Part shown: positions 1-18,135 of the stretch, one piece after another | Numbering within the stretch: the first letter of the stretch is position 1 | Layout: each line of letters starts with the position of its first letter | Source of the DNA: the human T2T-CHM13v2.0 reference genome, Homo sapiens | Reading direction: 5' to 3' (one strand) | NCBI RefSeq assembly: GCF_009914755.1 | Contig: NC_060944.1 | DNA length: 64,000 nucleotides | Notes under the pieces: generated by a model | What the model was told of the DNA's origin: nothing | Seen by the model: the letters and a program-made list of their open reading frames with translations, nothing else | Database searches by the model: none | Translations under genes and position numbers: made by a program

Positions 1-820
<820 letters not shown>

Positions 821-1387
821 CTTATATGGAACTTTTTGAAGTGTTAAATTAGGTAATAAGTTATTGAGATCAGGAGTTTTCAATTTTAGAGAGAAAATGC
901 ATTTCTTAATCATAAGGATACATAGGCAATATGTGAAATTAAAAAGCAAAATCATTTTTAGGCGTGTCAATGGAGTGGTAAAAGACATTGAGATTTTACT
1001 ATATAGTTAGAGTAAGGAATTCTCTACCTTTTTTTCCCTTTAAAATAAAAATAAATATTTTTAATAAAAGTAAGATATGTCCTTTTTGAGAAATTCACAA
1101 AACACGGAAAGGTAGAAATCATACCAAAAAATTAGCCACAATTATACTATCGTACACCAACCTCTTTGTACATTTTGGAGTATTTTCCTCTACATTTTTG
1201 TTGTCATTGTGAAACATATGTGGGATCACATTGTAAACTTCTCAATTTTACATTACACTGTGGAAAGCTACCAGGAGTTTGAATTTTAGGAGTGGTGGGA
1301 GTAACAAAGGAAAAGAAAACGTTGGAAACCTAGGGGTGTTCATCTTAGATACTTTTCTCCACATGCCAATCTGTGATTAAGCACGAG

Positions 1388-1650
1388 GGTCAGGCCTGGT
1401 GACTCATGCCCCAGCCTGCACTTTGGGAGGCTGAGGCAGGTGGATCACTTGATCTCAGGACCCTGTCTCTACAAAAAACTGCAAAATTATCTGGACGTGA
1501 TGGTGCATGCCTGCTGTCCCAACTACCAGGGAGGCTGAGGTGGGAGGATCAGTTGAGCCTACGAGTTTTGAGACTGTGGTGAGCTGTGATCGTGCCACTA
1601 TACTCCAGCCTGGGTGACAGTGAGAACCTGTCTCAAAATAAAAAAAAAAT
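1388..1650 (+). mobile_element. AluJ-like element with internal deletion
   Basis: Alu arms and A tail; part of the left arm is missing. Confidence 0.85.
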
Positions 1651-1774
1651 AAGAAGCACGAGATTGCCCAAGTGGGGTGGGAAGTCAAAAAGGTAAGGAG
1701 TTGGCTAGCCTTGGACAGTCTCCAGGAGACATTTTGTAGCTCCTGTTTGTTATATCCATGACTTTCCTACCTGA

Positions 1775-1945
<171 letters not shown>

Positions 1946-2609
1946 TAGTATATCCAAGGATATGGCCAAATTGACACAGTATTAATTGTCTGGTGCATTG
2001 ACTTTTCTCTACAACCAAGCTAATGTGTTTATGTGGAGGGAGGGCTGCATTCAGTCTTTGCTGTTTGACAGACTTAGTAGCTAAGGCAGTAAATCAAGAA
2101 CTTGGTCATAGTGAATTTTCTTTTATTTGTAAGTTTTTCATTTTCCATTATAATTTAGCATTACTGTCTTACATGAAATTTAGTTAGTAGAAAAAATAAA
2201 AATCACCCATAATTCCACTGAGCCTTAAACTCTTAAAGTGTTTTGTGTGATAGGCTTTGGTGGGTTTAGAAAAGTGCTTGATGCCAAATAGGTGACAAAA
2301 AGCACCAAGTGACACATACGTAACACTATAATGAAGCTATTTGGGTAAAGGATAAAAGAAAATCAGTAATCTTTCATAATGAACTTTGTTGATGTTTAGC
2401 TAACTCTAGCTGGGTTGAAGATCGAAGTAGCTTTAAGGATAGAAAGCCTTATTTACCTGATGCTTTGTGGGAAAGAGATAGTTCACCTTAGTATTTTTCC
2501 CAGCTAATTGAAATTTACCCCATCTGGCATGGTGGCTTTCATTGTAATCTTTTTAGATAGAAGTTTGTTTAAGATGAGTGACACATTTTCCTACTTTCTT
2601 ACTTCCAAT

Positions 2610-3270
2610 TTAAGATGGTTTCTTTGTCTTTCATGACCTTGACACTTGAAGAGGATGGGCTCTCAATCTGTAGAATGTCTCTCCGTTTGTGTTTGTCTGA
2701 TGTTTCTTCATGATCAGGTTCAGGTCATGCATTTTCCGCAGTTCTATCCCAAAAGTAATGCTCTGCCCTACTCAGAACAAGAAGTATATGATGTCGATAT
2801 GTCTTATTACAGGTCATGTTAACCTTGATCACTTGAGTAAGGTGATTGTGTGCTAGGTTTCTCTGCTGTAAAGTTGCTGTTTTTCTGCTTGTATTTAAGT
2901 GTCTTGTGGGGTGGTACTTTGAGACTCTGTAAGTATCCTAATGATGTTGTCTGTAATAGTTATTACTGTGGTGTTTGCCAAAGGGTGATTTTCTCTTTCA
3001 TTCCTTCTACATTTTAAAAATTGGAATTCTGCTGTAAGAAAATAACTGTGTTTTATACCATTTTATTTATAACTATCATAATTCTTTAACATAACATGTT
3101 TATAATGTAATATATTTTCTATAATTCATATGTTTACAATAATTGCATCATGGACATTTATTTTACTATATACATTGTGGTCCATGACTCATTTATCTTG
3201 TTGCTCATTTTATCCTAGGTTTGGCCTTTGGAGAGCTCCTCAAATTGGCTCCTGTGACACTTGCTTTCTT
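2610..3270 (-). mobile_element. Old L1 (L1MC/ME-like) 3' fragment
   Basis: Motifs such as gtctttcatgaccttgacactt and gttaaccttgatcacttg are typical of antisense L1M 3' ends. Confidence 0.65.
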
Positions 3271-4102
3271 TTAATGACAGAATTAATAGCTAGAAAGTTT
3301 GACCTTTTCAAAAATGCGGCATTACTTCCCATAGGTAGATTCAACACTTGCATTTAAAGTTTGGCAGAAAGGAAGATGTTTTCTGGAACTCGAATCTCTT
3401 CACCTCATGTGTTGACCTTTTTAGCATGAGACATCTGATCTTAGTTCGTTCACTATGGATAGAAGCTATTGTAGCGTATGCCTTGATCCTTTCAAATCCA
3501 CATTCTTATAATGTTAGTTTCCTATGTTAAGAGGACTTATTTGCAACTGAACATATTAAAAGGAAAGTTCTTTTTTTCTTTTCTTTTTTTTTCTTGAAAC
3601 CTCTTCTTCCCTGTACTTCGAGTCCATCTTAAATGCCAGGCTTATACCTCACAGTTCTTAACCCCTTCCTTTCTTTTCACTTCTACCTTCTAGTCAGTTA
3701 CCAAGTCCTATTGATTCCACCTCTGATTGTCTTTTCCATGAGTCTTTTGCTGTTACAGTCACCAAATTGCTCTATTCTCCATATTCGTACCAATATTTGG
3801 TATTTTTAGGTTTTAGTAATCTGATGCATATGAAAAGGTATCTTGTTTTAATGTCTTTCCTTGGTTACTGGTAAAGTTAAACATCTTTTTATATATTTAT
3901 TAGCCAATTACATTTCCTTTCCAGTGAATTGTTTTATATCTTTGCCTGGTTTTCTTTTGGTTTGTTAGTCTTATTACTGATTTTTAGGAGTGATATATGT
4001 TTAGTTGTGAGCATCAGATATCTTCCCCTAGAATTGCTTTATGGCATCTCTTGAAGCACAAAATTTAATTTTAATGAAGCCTAATTTAAATGTCTTTTCC
4101 TA

Positions 4103-6619
<2,517 letters not shown>

Positions 6620-6620
<1 letters not shown>

Positions 6621-8010
6621 GTGCAATCCAGTGTTTTTAGTATTTTCACAGACTTGTGCAACCCTTGCCACAATGCCATTCCAGAATATATTTATCACCC
6701 TGGAGAGCAATGCTATATCTTTTAGTGGGCACTCCTCATTCTCTCTTCCTACTTTCTGCTTTCTGTCTCTGTGGTTGCCTATTTGGGACATTTTGTGTAA
6801 ATGAAATCATACAATAGGTTACCTTTTGTGTCTGGCTTTTTTGTTTTTTCACTTAACATAATACTTCTAAGGTTCATCCATGTTGTAGCATGTATTAGTA
6901 CTTTATTTCTTTTTATGGCAAAATAATATTCCATTGTATGGATATATCACATTTTGTTTACCGACTTATCAGTTAATGACATTTGAGGTATTTCTCTTTT
7001 TTGGCTCTTATGAGTAATGCTGCTGTGAACATTTGTATATAACTTTTTGTTTGAACACTTGTTTTTGGTTCTTTCAGGTATATGCTTAGGAATAGAATTC
7101 CTGCATCATATGGTAACTCGGTGTTTCACTTTTCAAGAAACTAACAAGTTTTCAAAGCAGCTGCACCATTTTACATTTCTACCAGCAATGTGTGAGGGTT
7201 CCAATTTTACTACATCCTCACCAACACTTGTTATTATCTGACTTTTTGATTTTCGCCATCGTAGTGGGTATAAAGTGGTGTCTCATTATGGTTTTGATTT
7301 CCATTTCTCTGATAGGTAATAATGTTGAGTATCTCTTTATGTGCTTATTGGTCTCTTGCATATCTTCTTTAGAAGAATGTCTATTCAAATCCATTGTCCA
7401 TTGAAAAAAATGTTTTTGGTCTTTTTTTCTTCCTTCTACAATCTATACACCTCTTATTTCCTTTTATTTATCTTTTTATATTATTGAGTTGTAAGGGTTT
7501 CTCTGGTTAGAGGTTCCTTATTAAATACATGATTTGCAAATATTTTCTCACAGTCTGAAGGTTGTATTTTCACTTTCATGATGTTGTCTTTTGAGGCACA
7601 AAAAATCTTAATTTTGATGAAGTCCAGTTTTAAAATGTTTTGTTGTTGTTGTTTGTGCTTTAGGTGTCATGTCTAAGATGCCATTATGTAATCCAAGGTT
7701 AAGAAGATTTACTACTATGTTTTCTTAAAAGAATTTTATACTTTTGGCTCCTACCCTTAGGTTTCTGATTCATTGTGAGTTAATTTTTGTGTATGGTGTG
7801 ATGTAGGGGGTCCAGTCTTCTTTTGCAGTTGTCCTAGACCCATTTGTTGAAAAGGCTGTTCTTTCCCTAACGAATTGCCTTGGCACATACATCCTTGTAG
7901 GAATCACTTGACAATAAATGTAAGGGTTGATTTCTGGACTCATAATTCTATTTCATTAATCTGTATTGTCCTTATGCCAGTGCCACGCTGTCTTGATTAC
8001 TGTAACAGCT
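6620..8010 (-). mobile_element. L1M (L1MA/MB-like) 3' end, antisense, interrupted by Alus upstream
   Basis: Typical antisense L1 ORF2/3'UTR text (ccatgttgtagcatg, ttccattgtatggatata, cttgattactgta). ORF 7956..8390 ends in the L1 ORF2-like VIKTAWHWHKD. Confidence 0.85.
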
Positions 8011-8220
8011 TGGCATTTTGTAACATCAAATCTGGTGTTTGTCCAAGTGTTTCTGTGATTGTTGGAAAAATTATCTAAGTACAAAATAGCAGAAATGGCT
8101 AATAGCTCTTGTTCATGCAATGATAATAAGCCCCCATTGAGGCCATTTACTCTCCTTTTCCTCCCTAGTGATGGAGTAAGCATTACAAAATCTTCTCTCT
8201 TCCTCCTTATTACATTAGAG

Positions 8221-8272
8221 GTGTGTGTGTTTGTGTGTGTGTGTGTGTGTGTGAGTGTGAGAGAGAGAGAGA
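8221..8272. repeat. Compound (GT)n(GA)n microsatellite
   Basis: gtgtgtgtgtttgtgtgt...gtgagtgtgagagagagaga seen directly. Confidence 0.95.
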
Positions 8273-9186
8273 GTCGGCTTTGACCTTTGCCGTATATGCA
8301 ACTTTTCTTTGTAATTTCAGTAATAATCACACTTAGAGCCTCAGAGCAGGTCATTGGGTCCTGTTTGTCCTCCCAAGAAATGCTCGACATTGGTCAGAGT
8401 GCATTAACGGTGGTTTGGTGTGGAAGTCCTGTAATAGCCCTCATTGACATTGGACTGGCTGTCAGGGGAAGCATCGGTTTTGGACGCTCTCATTAGCATT
8501 AATTGCCCCTAATGCACCATCATTTTTGACAGTAATAAGCTAAACAGGGGTGTTATTACTCCCAGCAGAAAGACTGCATTTCCTGGCGTTAAAACATTTT
8601 TTGAGATGTATATGGCATGTGGTGCAGGCAAAGAAAGGAATAGCATGATCCAGTGTAAAGCAGGCTTAGCTGCATTTAAAGTGGAGAAATAAGTCCCTTT
8701 CCTATTATAAAAACGAATCCTGCATTGTTAGTTGGAAGGAAGAAGCAGCTAATCAACAGGGATCCTACACTGAACTCTTTAAAAGAGGGCTTTGGAAAAA
8801 GTTACGATTTTTATTTCTAAATTTGCTTTAAAAGAGTAGCATAAAAATGCTTTGCTTTTGAGTGTTTCCAGAGACCCATTTATAGTGAGATTTTAGGAGC
8901 AGAAGGATTTGTTTTAAACTGTTCCCTATTTAGGAACAGCCCTACGGGTGTTTATGTGCAACAATGAAAGCTGTAACTTAGGAAACCTTTTAAAATTGGG
9001 GCTGAGAGCAAACCAAGAATGATGCAAGTTCACTGCAGTTTGCCCTTTGCTCACTCCATGTATCTGCATTGTCTGGGGATGCTCAGGATGTCTTTAGAAC
9101 ACACACGAAGCTGGATCCTGATTAGCTGGCCTTGGTGGCCAGTTAGTGCTGAGAGTTTACAGCCAGGATTCTAAGTGAAAACCTAA

Positions 9187-9570
<384 letters not shown>

Positions 9571-10989
9571 TAGTAATTAATAATATGCATGTATCTTTCT
9601 TTATTTAGCTAGTCTTCTGTTTATGGACATTTCAGTAGGATGATGATTTCAAGATCACATTTACAGATTAAATGAATGAGTTCTTAAGAGAATGAGTTAG
9701 AGAAATAGGGAATTACCTAGTTAATCTTGATGAAGATTGCAGAGTAGTTAACTCTGAAGACAGATTATTTTTATAGCATGGAGTATTATTGCTAATCCTC
9801 CTACCTCTCCCAAAATTGGAGGGCTGCTAAGCCCATCAAGCCTCCTCCTCAGTCTTCTTGCTATGGAATGTTTCCTACTCCCCATTTGGGGCCACCCATG
9901 GGCAGACTTGGGTCACAGTTCCTTCTGTGCTTTCATAACACTTTGTACATCCATTAAAGCAGCAACCTGGTTTATTATAATTATGGTTTGTGTACGGGAC
10001 AGGAAGGATTTCTTGCCATCTCTGTATATTCCCTGAATGGGGAAAGTGCTCTTAGCAGGTGTCAAATCAAAGCTCTGTGGCTACTTCTTTGCCTGAGCCT
10101 TCCATTCCAGTTTGTTTTCCAGTGGAAATGATGTCAGTACTTGTCGGGTTGTGTTTTTTGCAAGAAAGCTTGCTCTGGTTCTGAGCCTTGCGTGAGTTGT
10201 AACGCTGTTAACTCAGCAGAGAGCCCAAAGAGCCAAAGTGAGGCTCCTAGCTCCCTTCTTGGGGGTGTCTATTCAACCTGATGGGCCATCGTCCCTCCTC
10301 CTCCACTGCCATAATTTCACCCAGTTGCCTAGACTCAATGACAGGCAATGATCCTAAATATAGTTCTGCTATGAATTCATAGGTGGCTGTGAATTCAAAA
10401 GTAGATGGTAATATCCTTACAGCTTCTGGTAATAAACCTTTACAGTTTTTTTTTTAAAGCAAAACAACACCCCTATTCAACATGATAATTGAGGCTGTTG
10501 TCATAAAATAGTTATTACAGAGGCAGGAAAGAAGGCCGTTAGAAGGAATTACTTGATAGGTATCTTTATTTTTAATTTTTCTTCTTTGCCCTTGATTTGA
10601 GGTTGTCACACCTCGATATGGTATTTCAGAAAACTGCCAAAGCTATCCTTCAATTATTTGCCCAGCCCGTTATCTCTATTCCTTGATCCTGACTTAGACT
10701 ATAAACCAGTGGATTTGGCAAGGATTTCCTTAAGTGTTACATTCAAACCTATCAAATATTTGGAAGGCTTACAGATCTGTTTGCACATAAAAGCGCCTTG
10801 GGTTTGCATAATTTGCACATTCAAACTTGGGTTTTAATTCAGAAATTTAACATGTTTTCTGTCTCTTTTGGATATTTACATTGATTTTAATCTAATTTTA
10901 AAATTTCTCATTTATTGGCATTAGCCCCTCTTTGTGAAGATGTTTAAGGGACATACAGAATTCAAACACTTTAAGAGTCAACATGGATT

Positions 10990-11330
10990 GGTTTGTGCTT
11001 ATAACAAACTCCCAATCTCAGTGGCTTAAAACAATGAGGGTTTATTTTTTCCCCACGCTAGATTCTTTAGGTGGTCAACTGGAGGCTCTGCTTCATGATA
11101 TCTTTGCTCCAGGACCCTGGCTGAAGGAGCAAGCATCTGGACATTGTGTCCATGTCAGAGGAAAAGAGAGAATCACACATTGATTCTTAAAGCTTTCACT
11201 TCTGCCCACATTTCATTGGCCAGAGCAAATCATGTGGCCACACTTGACTCCATGGGGGCAGGGAAGTAGAATTCTACCACATGCTCAGAAGGAGAATGAG
11301 AAGTACTTGGGCAACAGTACAGATAACTAC
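10990..11330. mobile_element. MaLR LTR remnant (MLT1-like)
   Basis: ataacaaac...ctcagtggcttaaaacaa and cacatttcattggccagagcaaatcatgtggcc are characteristic MLT1 motifs. Confidence 0.7.
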
Positions 11331-11344
11331 CATGACTGTCTAAC

Positions 11345-11570
11345 AAGGAGCTGAAGTGCATGGATTCTGAGTCAGAGTGCCTGAGCTTGACACTGGCCTG
11401 ATCACTTCCTCACAGTCTGATTTTGAGCAAAGCAGCTTCATCTCTCTCATCTTTTATTTCCTTATCTGAAAAGCAGTACCTTACAGAATTGTGAGGATTA
11501 AATGAGATAGTCTTTACAAAGCCAGTGCCTTTCACATGGTAAGCACTCAATAAATCCTAGCTATCATTAG
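11345..11570 (+). mobile_element. MIR
   Basis: Core ttccttatctgaaaa...gtgaggattaaatgagata...gtaagcactcaataaa. Similar MIR remnants lie near 15950-16140, 19130-19370, 23400-23600, 30590-30790, 33060-33290, 38840-39070, 45110-45240, 45710-45930, 53160-53460, 55350-55720 and 62230-62380. Confidence 0.75.
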
Positions 11571-11924
11571 AACCCAATTCTTGCTGATTTGAATGAAAGG
11601 TACTGCTTAAGGATTTTTCCCCTTATTTATTTTAAAGGACACATGAAAAGATTTACTTTTTTTCTTTTCCTTTTTCTTCTTCTTTTTTTTTTTTTGATGT
11701 TTACCATCCATCCAAAGCCAGAAAAAGACATTTTAGGCCTCGGAATGGGAGAGGTTGGAAATATTACTGGGCTGGGTCAGTGTTATTATCATCCTTGAAG
11801 ACTCTTGTTCTAGGATTTTTTCATGCCTTTACTCACCTTAAAGAATAGAAAACTTTATATCTGCATGTGAATTCCTGAACACCCACCAATTGACCTGGCA
11901 ACTGTCTTCTCTATTTTCCTCTAG

Positions 11925-12017
<93 letters not shown>

Positions 12018-13708
12018 TAGGTGAGATGCCACCTGATCCCTCAGGGAGCTGAGGCTCAAGAGCTGAGAGGAGTATGCCTAGGCACTGAGCCCTCCAGGCA
12101 TCAGTTCTGTGTCAGCAGCCATCCAGCTTACATCCTAAATTAAAGAGTCTGTAGTTCCACTGGTCCTGCACCGGGGATTCTGCGAATTATCTAAGTGGAT
12201 TTGGAGATTGTATATACCAGTGTTTAGTCCATGCACAAACTATTTATTAACCAGTCCTCAACGAGGTAAAGCGCTTACCTCAGGATGTTAGTCTGAGTCA
12301 GTCAGCTATGTCACTAAGCATATTATTTAGTTCAGATGATAATTTTTAAAATAATAAGACCTTCTCAATGAAGGAAGCAAGGTATTAATTTACATTCTGG
12401 TGCGATCTCCTTATCATCACAGTCCTGAATTTGCTTTTAGTGACCTAATGGCAAGTCTCTCTGGCCTATGATGGGTCTGAAATTAGTTGGAAGCCTCACA
12501 CGTGCTTAAAATTGAGATGGCAGATACCCAGCACTAGGGCTGCCATTTCCCCCTCCCAAGTCCATGGAGGCAGTACTAAGAAGTCATAGAACATTTGCTC
12601 CCACTGAACTCAGACACAGCCTCAGAATCTTTTTTTGAAACATAATCTTCTAAGTAGACACTAACAATTGATCAGAGTTGGGCCAGAATGCTGTAAGAAG
12701 CCTGCTCATCAGCCCTCCCCCAGATCCTTATTGGCTCAGCGGGGATCTAGATTTCTGGGGTATAGTCCAGACCCCAACTTTACTCAACTAGGGTAGCTAT
12801 AGAGGCCAGAAGACAGTAGGGTGAACCATCAAGGCTCTTTGAAGATGGGATGTTAGCCAGAGTCTGGAAGCCAAGCAGCTACTCCTTTTAAATCACATAG
12901 AGTTGGCCTTTGTGTCTCTGGGTTGGCTATTTTTGTAGTGATATTGGAGATAAGAGCACTGTTTAAGAATCCACTGAAGAAATGTCTGTGCGAGCGCTTT
13001 GCTGTTTAATTCTCTGCCTAGATGAAGAGTTGGTCTTACTTACGAGTAAATGTAAAATGTGAGTATAAAATAAAGCCAGGTCTGAGCTCTGTAACCATTT
13101 GGCTGGTTTATCCCCTGGCCATCTTACCCTAAAATCCCAGGAGATAGCTGTGAAAAGAAGTTTTCCTCATCAAGTCTGCCTTTTGGGAAAATGACTTTTT
13201 AAAACCCAGTTTCAGGGCAGAAAACTAAATTGAAACAGTGTCCAGGAAAAAAATACAGCATTAAAAAAAGACAAAGCTGAAAGTACCCTTCTTTCTTTTG
13301 TGTCTCCTACCTGCCTTGTCTCGATTTTGCTCACGTGTGCTGCTGGCATCAATCCTGTAATTATTTCTCCTTGCGGTTCTGCCAGCCCGGCTCTCCTGTG
13401 TGCCTGCAGAGGCCACACGTGAGCTCCTCTGGTGCCTGACTTTGTTGGAGTTGAGAGCCTTAGGTCCTTGAAGTGAAAGCCCAGAGGTACAAGCATCTGT
13501 ACACAGCATTTCCCCAGATCCTGCTGGAAGTTTATTCTGCACTTTTCTCAGTCCAGGCTTTATCAGTCCAATTTGCCCCCAGGTTGCAGACAGTTCTCCA
13601 CATCTGTCTGTCCACAACAGAAGTGTTACTATGGGAGAGGGTGGTTGAGGCAATGAAGTGAAGTATATATTTTCTGCCTGTTCTCAGAGATATACTGATC
13701 CTCTCTGA

Positions 13709-13876
<168 letters not shown>

Positions 13877-14108
13877 TAACCTGAAATGTGAATGGATACT
13901 AGAGTTTACAATGTGGTCTATAACATGGACTAGAGAGAATTCCACGTTCCTGCTTTCAGGTTTTGACCGAACCCTGACAGTCCATCAGGTTCTCCCACAT
14001 GACACTCTCACCCTTCTACTGGTTGTAGTCCTTTACCTGGGATACACCCTTCTTTCTAAAAAGTTAGCTGGTATTGAGGAGAGGTACTTAAGGCAGATTT
14101 GCACTTAA

Positions 14109-14595
<487 letters not shown>

Positions 14596-16596
14596 GGAAT
14601 ATACTGAAATAATTTCAAAAGAAGACCCAAAGCATTTTTTTATTCTAGCCAAAGCAGATTTTGTATTCGTGGGACTCTGAAGAATAGCCCTTTTAACTTG
14701 TGCTTACTTTGTATTATGAAAGCAATAGGCTTTATTTTTTTCATAGAGTAATGAAAATTATTATTTAAAAGATTTTCAAACCATATACTCTTTCCCCTGA
14801 GAACCTAATATGGCCCCATGTCCACTCAGATACCCCCACTCCCACACTGCCTGTCATCCCCCTTGATGGAGAATAACCTGCCTTTAGTGTTACGTGAAGG
14901 AAGATTCAGATAAATACTTTGAATGCTGAAAGACAGGAATGCGGGACCTAGTTTGGTATGGGGTACCCTGTACCGATGCTTTAGCAAGGACCAGCAGACT
15001 TGTTGCCTTGAGGCAGCTTCAGGGCAGACCTCAGAGGCAACTGGATTTACTTGAGAACCTTCTTGCTTTCTGTTTCTTGCAGCTGCAGCTGTTGGACTTG
15101 TGCCCCAGGAGCACGTTCCTCTATGGCCACAGTCCTGGGAGTCCTCTGCTCCTCTCTCCTCCCTACTCCCAAACTCCAGACAGCTTGGTTAGGGCCCTTA
15201 GCCAAGCCTAACTGACCTTTGAGTACTTCAGCCTCTTAGCATTTCCCAGCTTCTTCCCAGAATGACATTTGCCAACCAAATAGCACAAGGGAAGGAAGAG
15301 TACAAAGAGAAGAAATTAAAAGACTAAACTAGTAGGATTAGGATTAGAGCAAGGAGAGTTAGTGAGGAAGTGTAACTTTCACTGAATACTTGTCTCATCC
15401 AGAATTCTGCTGTAGAATCATGGCTTAGAGACCTTCCAGGTGGAGGTGGCATTTTGGTGATGAACTTGGCAGCTGCCTGCACTTGATTGTGATAGGAAGG
15501 AGATCTGGCATCCGGTCTCCCCATTCCATTCCTGGCCAAGACTAATTGCTGTAGTTGGGATGCTTCATATCTCTGGGCCTCTTTCCCTAAATGCTTTGGT
15601 GGTGGTTCTTTGTTGTTCAGGTATAGATTAACACATGAGATGTAGATTTTCTGTAGATACAGTGCTGGCTCTGTCACCCTGCCAACTCATTTAATGCTTG
15701 TGCCTTGTGATCTGTAAATTGGATCTGTAAACCTACCTGCCTTGTTGAATTCTTTATTTTGAAACACCTGAAAGAAAAGCTCTGGGTAGTTATCAAGTTT
15801 TGGTCCAGTTCTAATGTGCAGACACCTTGGTTTCTTGTGCCATTAGTGGGGATAAAGTGATTAGACTCAGTACCATCGTATTGCTATTAACTACTATTTG
15901 TTGACTAGCTAGCATATACCGTTCCCTGCACTAATGCTTAGCATATGGTATTGCAAATCTTCACACAGATATGCCACATCTGGAAGTTAATTTTTCTGCC
16001 TTAAAGTTGAAGAAATCAAAGCACAAGGAAGTTAAGTAACTTGCTCAGCTAATAAGTAGTGGAAGCAAATCTGTCTTCCAAGCCGAGGCTCTCTCCATGA
16101 CACTGGGCTGCTCTGCTTGATTAGAACTCTGCCTTACTATCAATACCCAAGCCTCCTCTACTAAATCTTTAGCTGGAGGCACAAGGAAATTGAAAATGGG
16201 CCTCTTACAGTTCCACCTCATTTCCTTTCTTTTCACCCTCTGGTGAAGCAGTTAATTGGGCAGCAAAGTGACCAAAAGGCTGGCGGGAAAAAGAAATTGC
16301 AGCAATAGCAAAGGGCTTAAATCATCTGCAAACTGGGCAGTCAGCCTCCAACTAGTCGAGAATTGGCTGGACCCGTAAGTTAAATTTCCTTCCTTGTACC
16401 AGCAAAAAGTTATCTCTGAGCTGGGAACTAGGGTGGCATGGCCACTCCTTCTACTCTCTGGGGCAGGTCTGGCAGATCCCAGAGCTCTCACTGTGACAAA
16501 GCGCTAATAACCGTCTGCTGCCCGGTGGATTCAATGTTAGGCCCAGGGAGAATCTTGAAATTATCAGATGAAAGATTGTATTATTCTTCCATCTAG

Positions 16597-16800
<204 letters not shown>

Positions 16801-18024
16801 TGAATGTACCCCGACCCAGGTGAGAGTGGCTGTGCCCCAGGCACTGGTGGCTCTTTTTCAGGGGCATGGGGCTCTTCACCTTCGCCTTGCCTGTGCCTCC
16901 TATAAATAAGCTTGGGAGGTGAGGCACTGTGTGCAGTCTCCATAAATAGTCCTGGGGTCATGCACGGGGCTTGGCAACATGGTACGTGCTTAATAAATAT
17001 TAAGTGAGTGAAGGAAGTATAAACTTACCTTTGTGAGTGCTAGTATCTGTGAATTTCTATAAACATTATACAGGAAGGCCGTTTTCATATTATAGCAGGC
17101 ACTATCGGGGTTACATAGATGTGAAAGTTAAGGCCCTGGCCTTTGAGATATGGCATAGCTCATGGGAGGGATGAGATCTGAATTCTGATAACAATTCAGG
17201 ATGATGTAGAAAAGTGAATTGTACAATGTGCAAAATGCTAATTAACTAATAACCAACATTTGTGTAGCATGTTGTTGTTTACATAGTGCCTTCCTGCATG
17301 CCTCACTTTGGATTGGCGTGATGAGAGTAAACGTCTTGCAAGACAGGGCATTTGAGCAAGGGGTTGAAGAATGGCAAGGGTTTATCAGATCTGGGGCTGT
17401 GGGGTGATCATTGGGGAAGGGCTTGCAGAAGAGCTCAAGGTGCTTTCAGTGCAATGGGAGCGGTTGTGTTTTGCCAGAGCACCTGAATCCTGTCAAAAGC
17501 AGGAGGTGATGAGCTTGGAAAGGTAGCAGAGGCCAAATTGCAGGCTTTGAATGGTGGTTGACTCACTTTGCAAGACAAAGGGGCAGCTGCGTTTTCTCGT
17601 GTGGTATTCAAGACTTCTTTTCTTCTCCTGGACTTCAGGCTGTTTTTGTACAAGAGCGCATACTCATTTCTTTCTCTCTTTTTCAAATGTGACTAAATCA
17701 CACTTCCCAGGGACACCAAGCTGTTTCTGATTGCAACTGTAACAGCCTGTGTACCAGCTGGGATTTTTGTATTAAGCAGCTCTATGGGGCTACTATACCA
17801 GCAGAAAATTAGAAGTCTTGCTCTAAAAAGCATTTTCAGCAAATACTTGTTTTGTTCTTAAAGTTTTTACTGCCTCAATTTGTCAGCTAATGGATCAGAA
17901 GTGATTGGGACTGCCTGGAGCTTTTTTCAGTTATGGTCTTAGATGTGAGTCAGAGAATATTATCTATTGAGTTTCACCCACTTCTCTGCCCCTGTGCTTT
18001 TACAGACTGTCCTTATTTTTCTAG

Positions 18025-18135
<111 letters not shown>

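Noticed and set aside
17610-17900. Possible extra RPN2 exon after a pyrimidine tract and ttcag at ~17638
   Set aside because: In-frame TGA after 17 codons and no convincing donor. It might be a regulatory or poison element, but I cannot support that from sequence alone.
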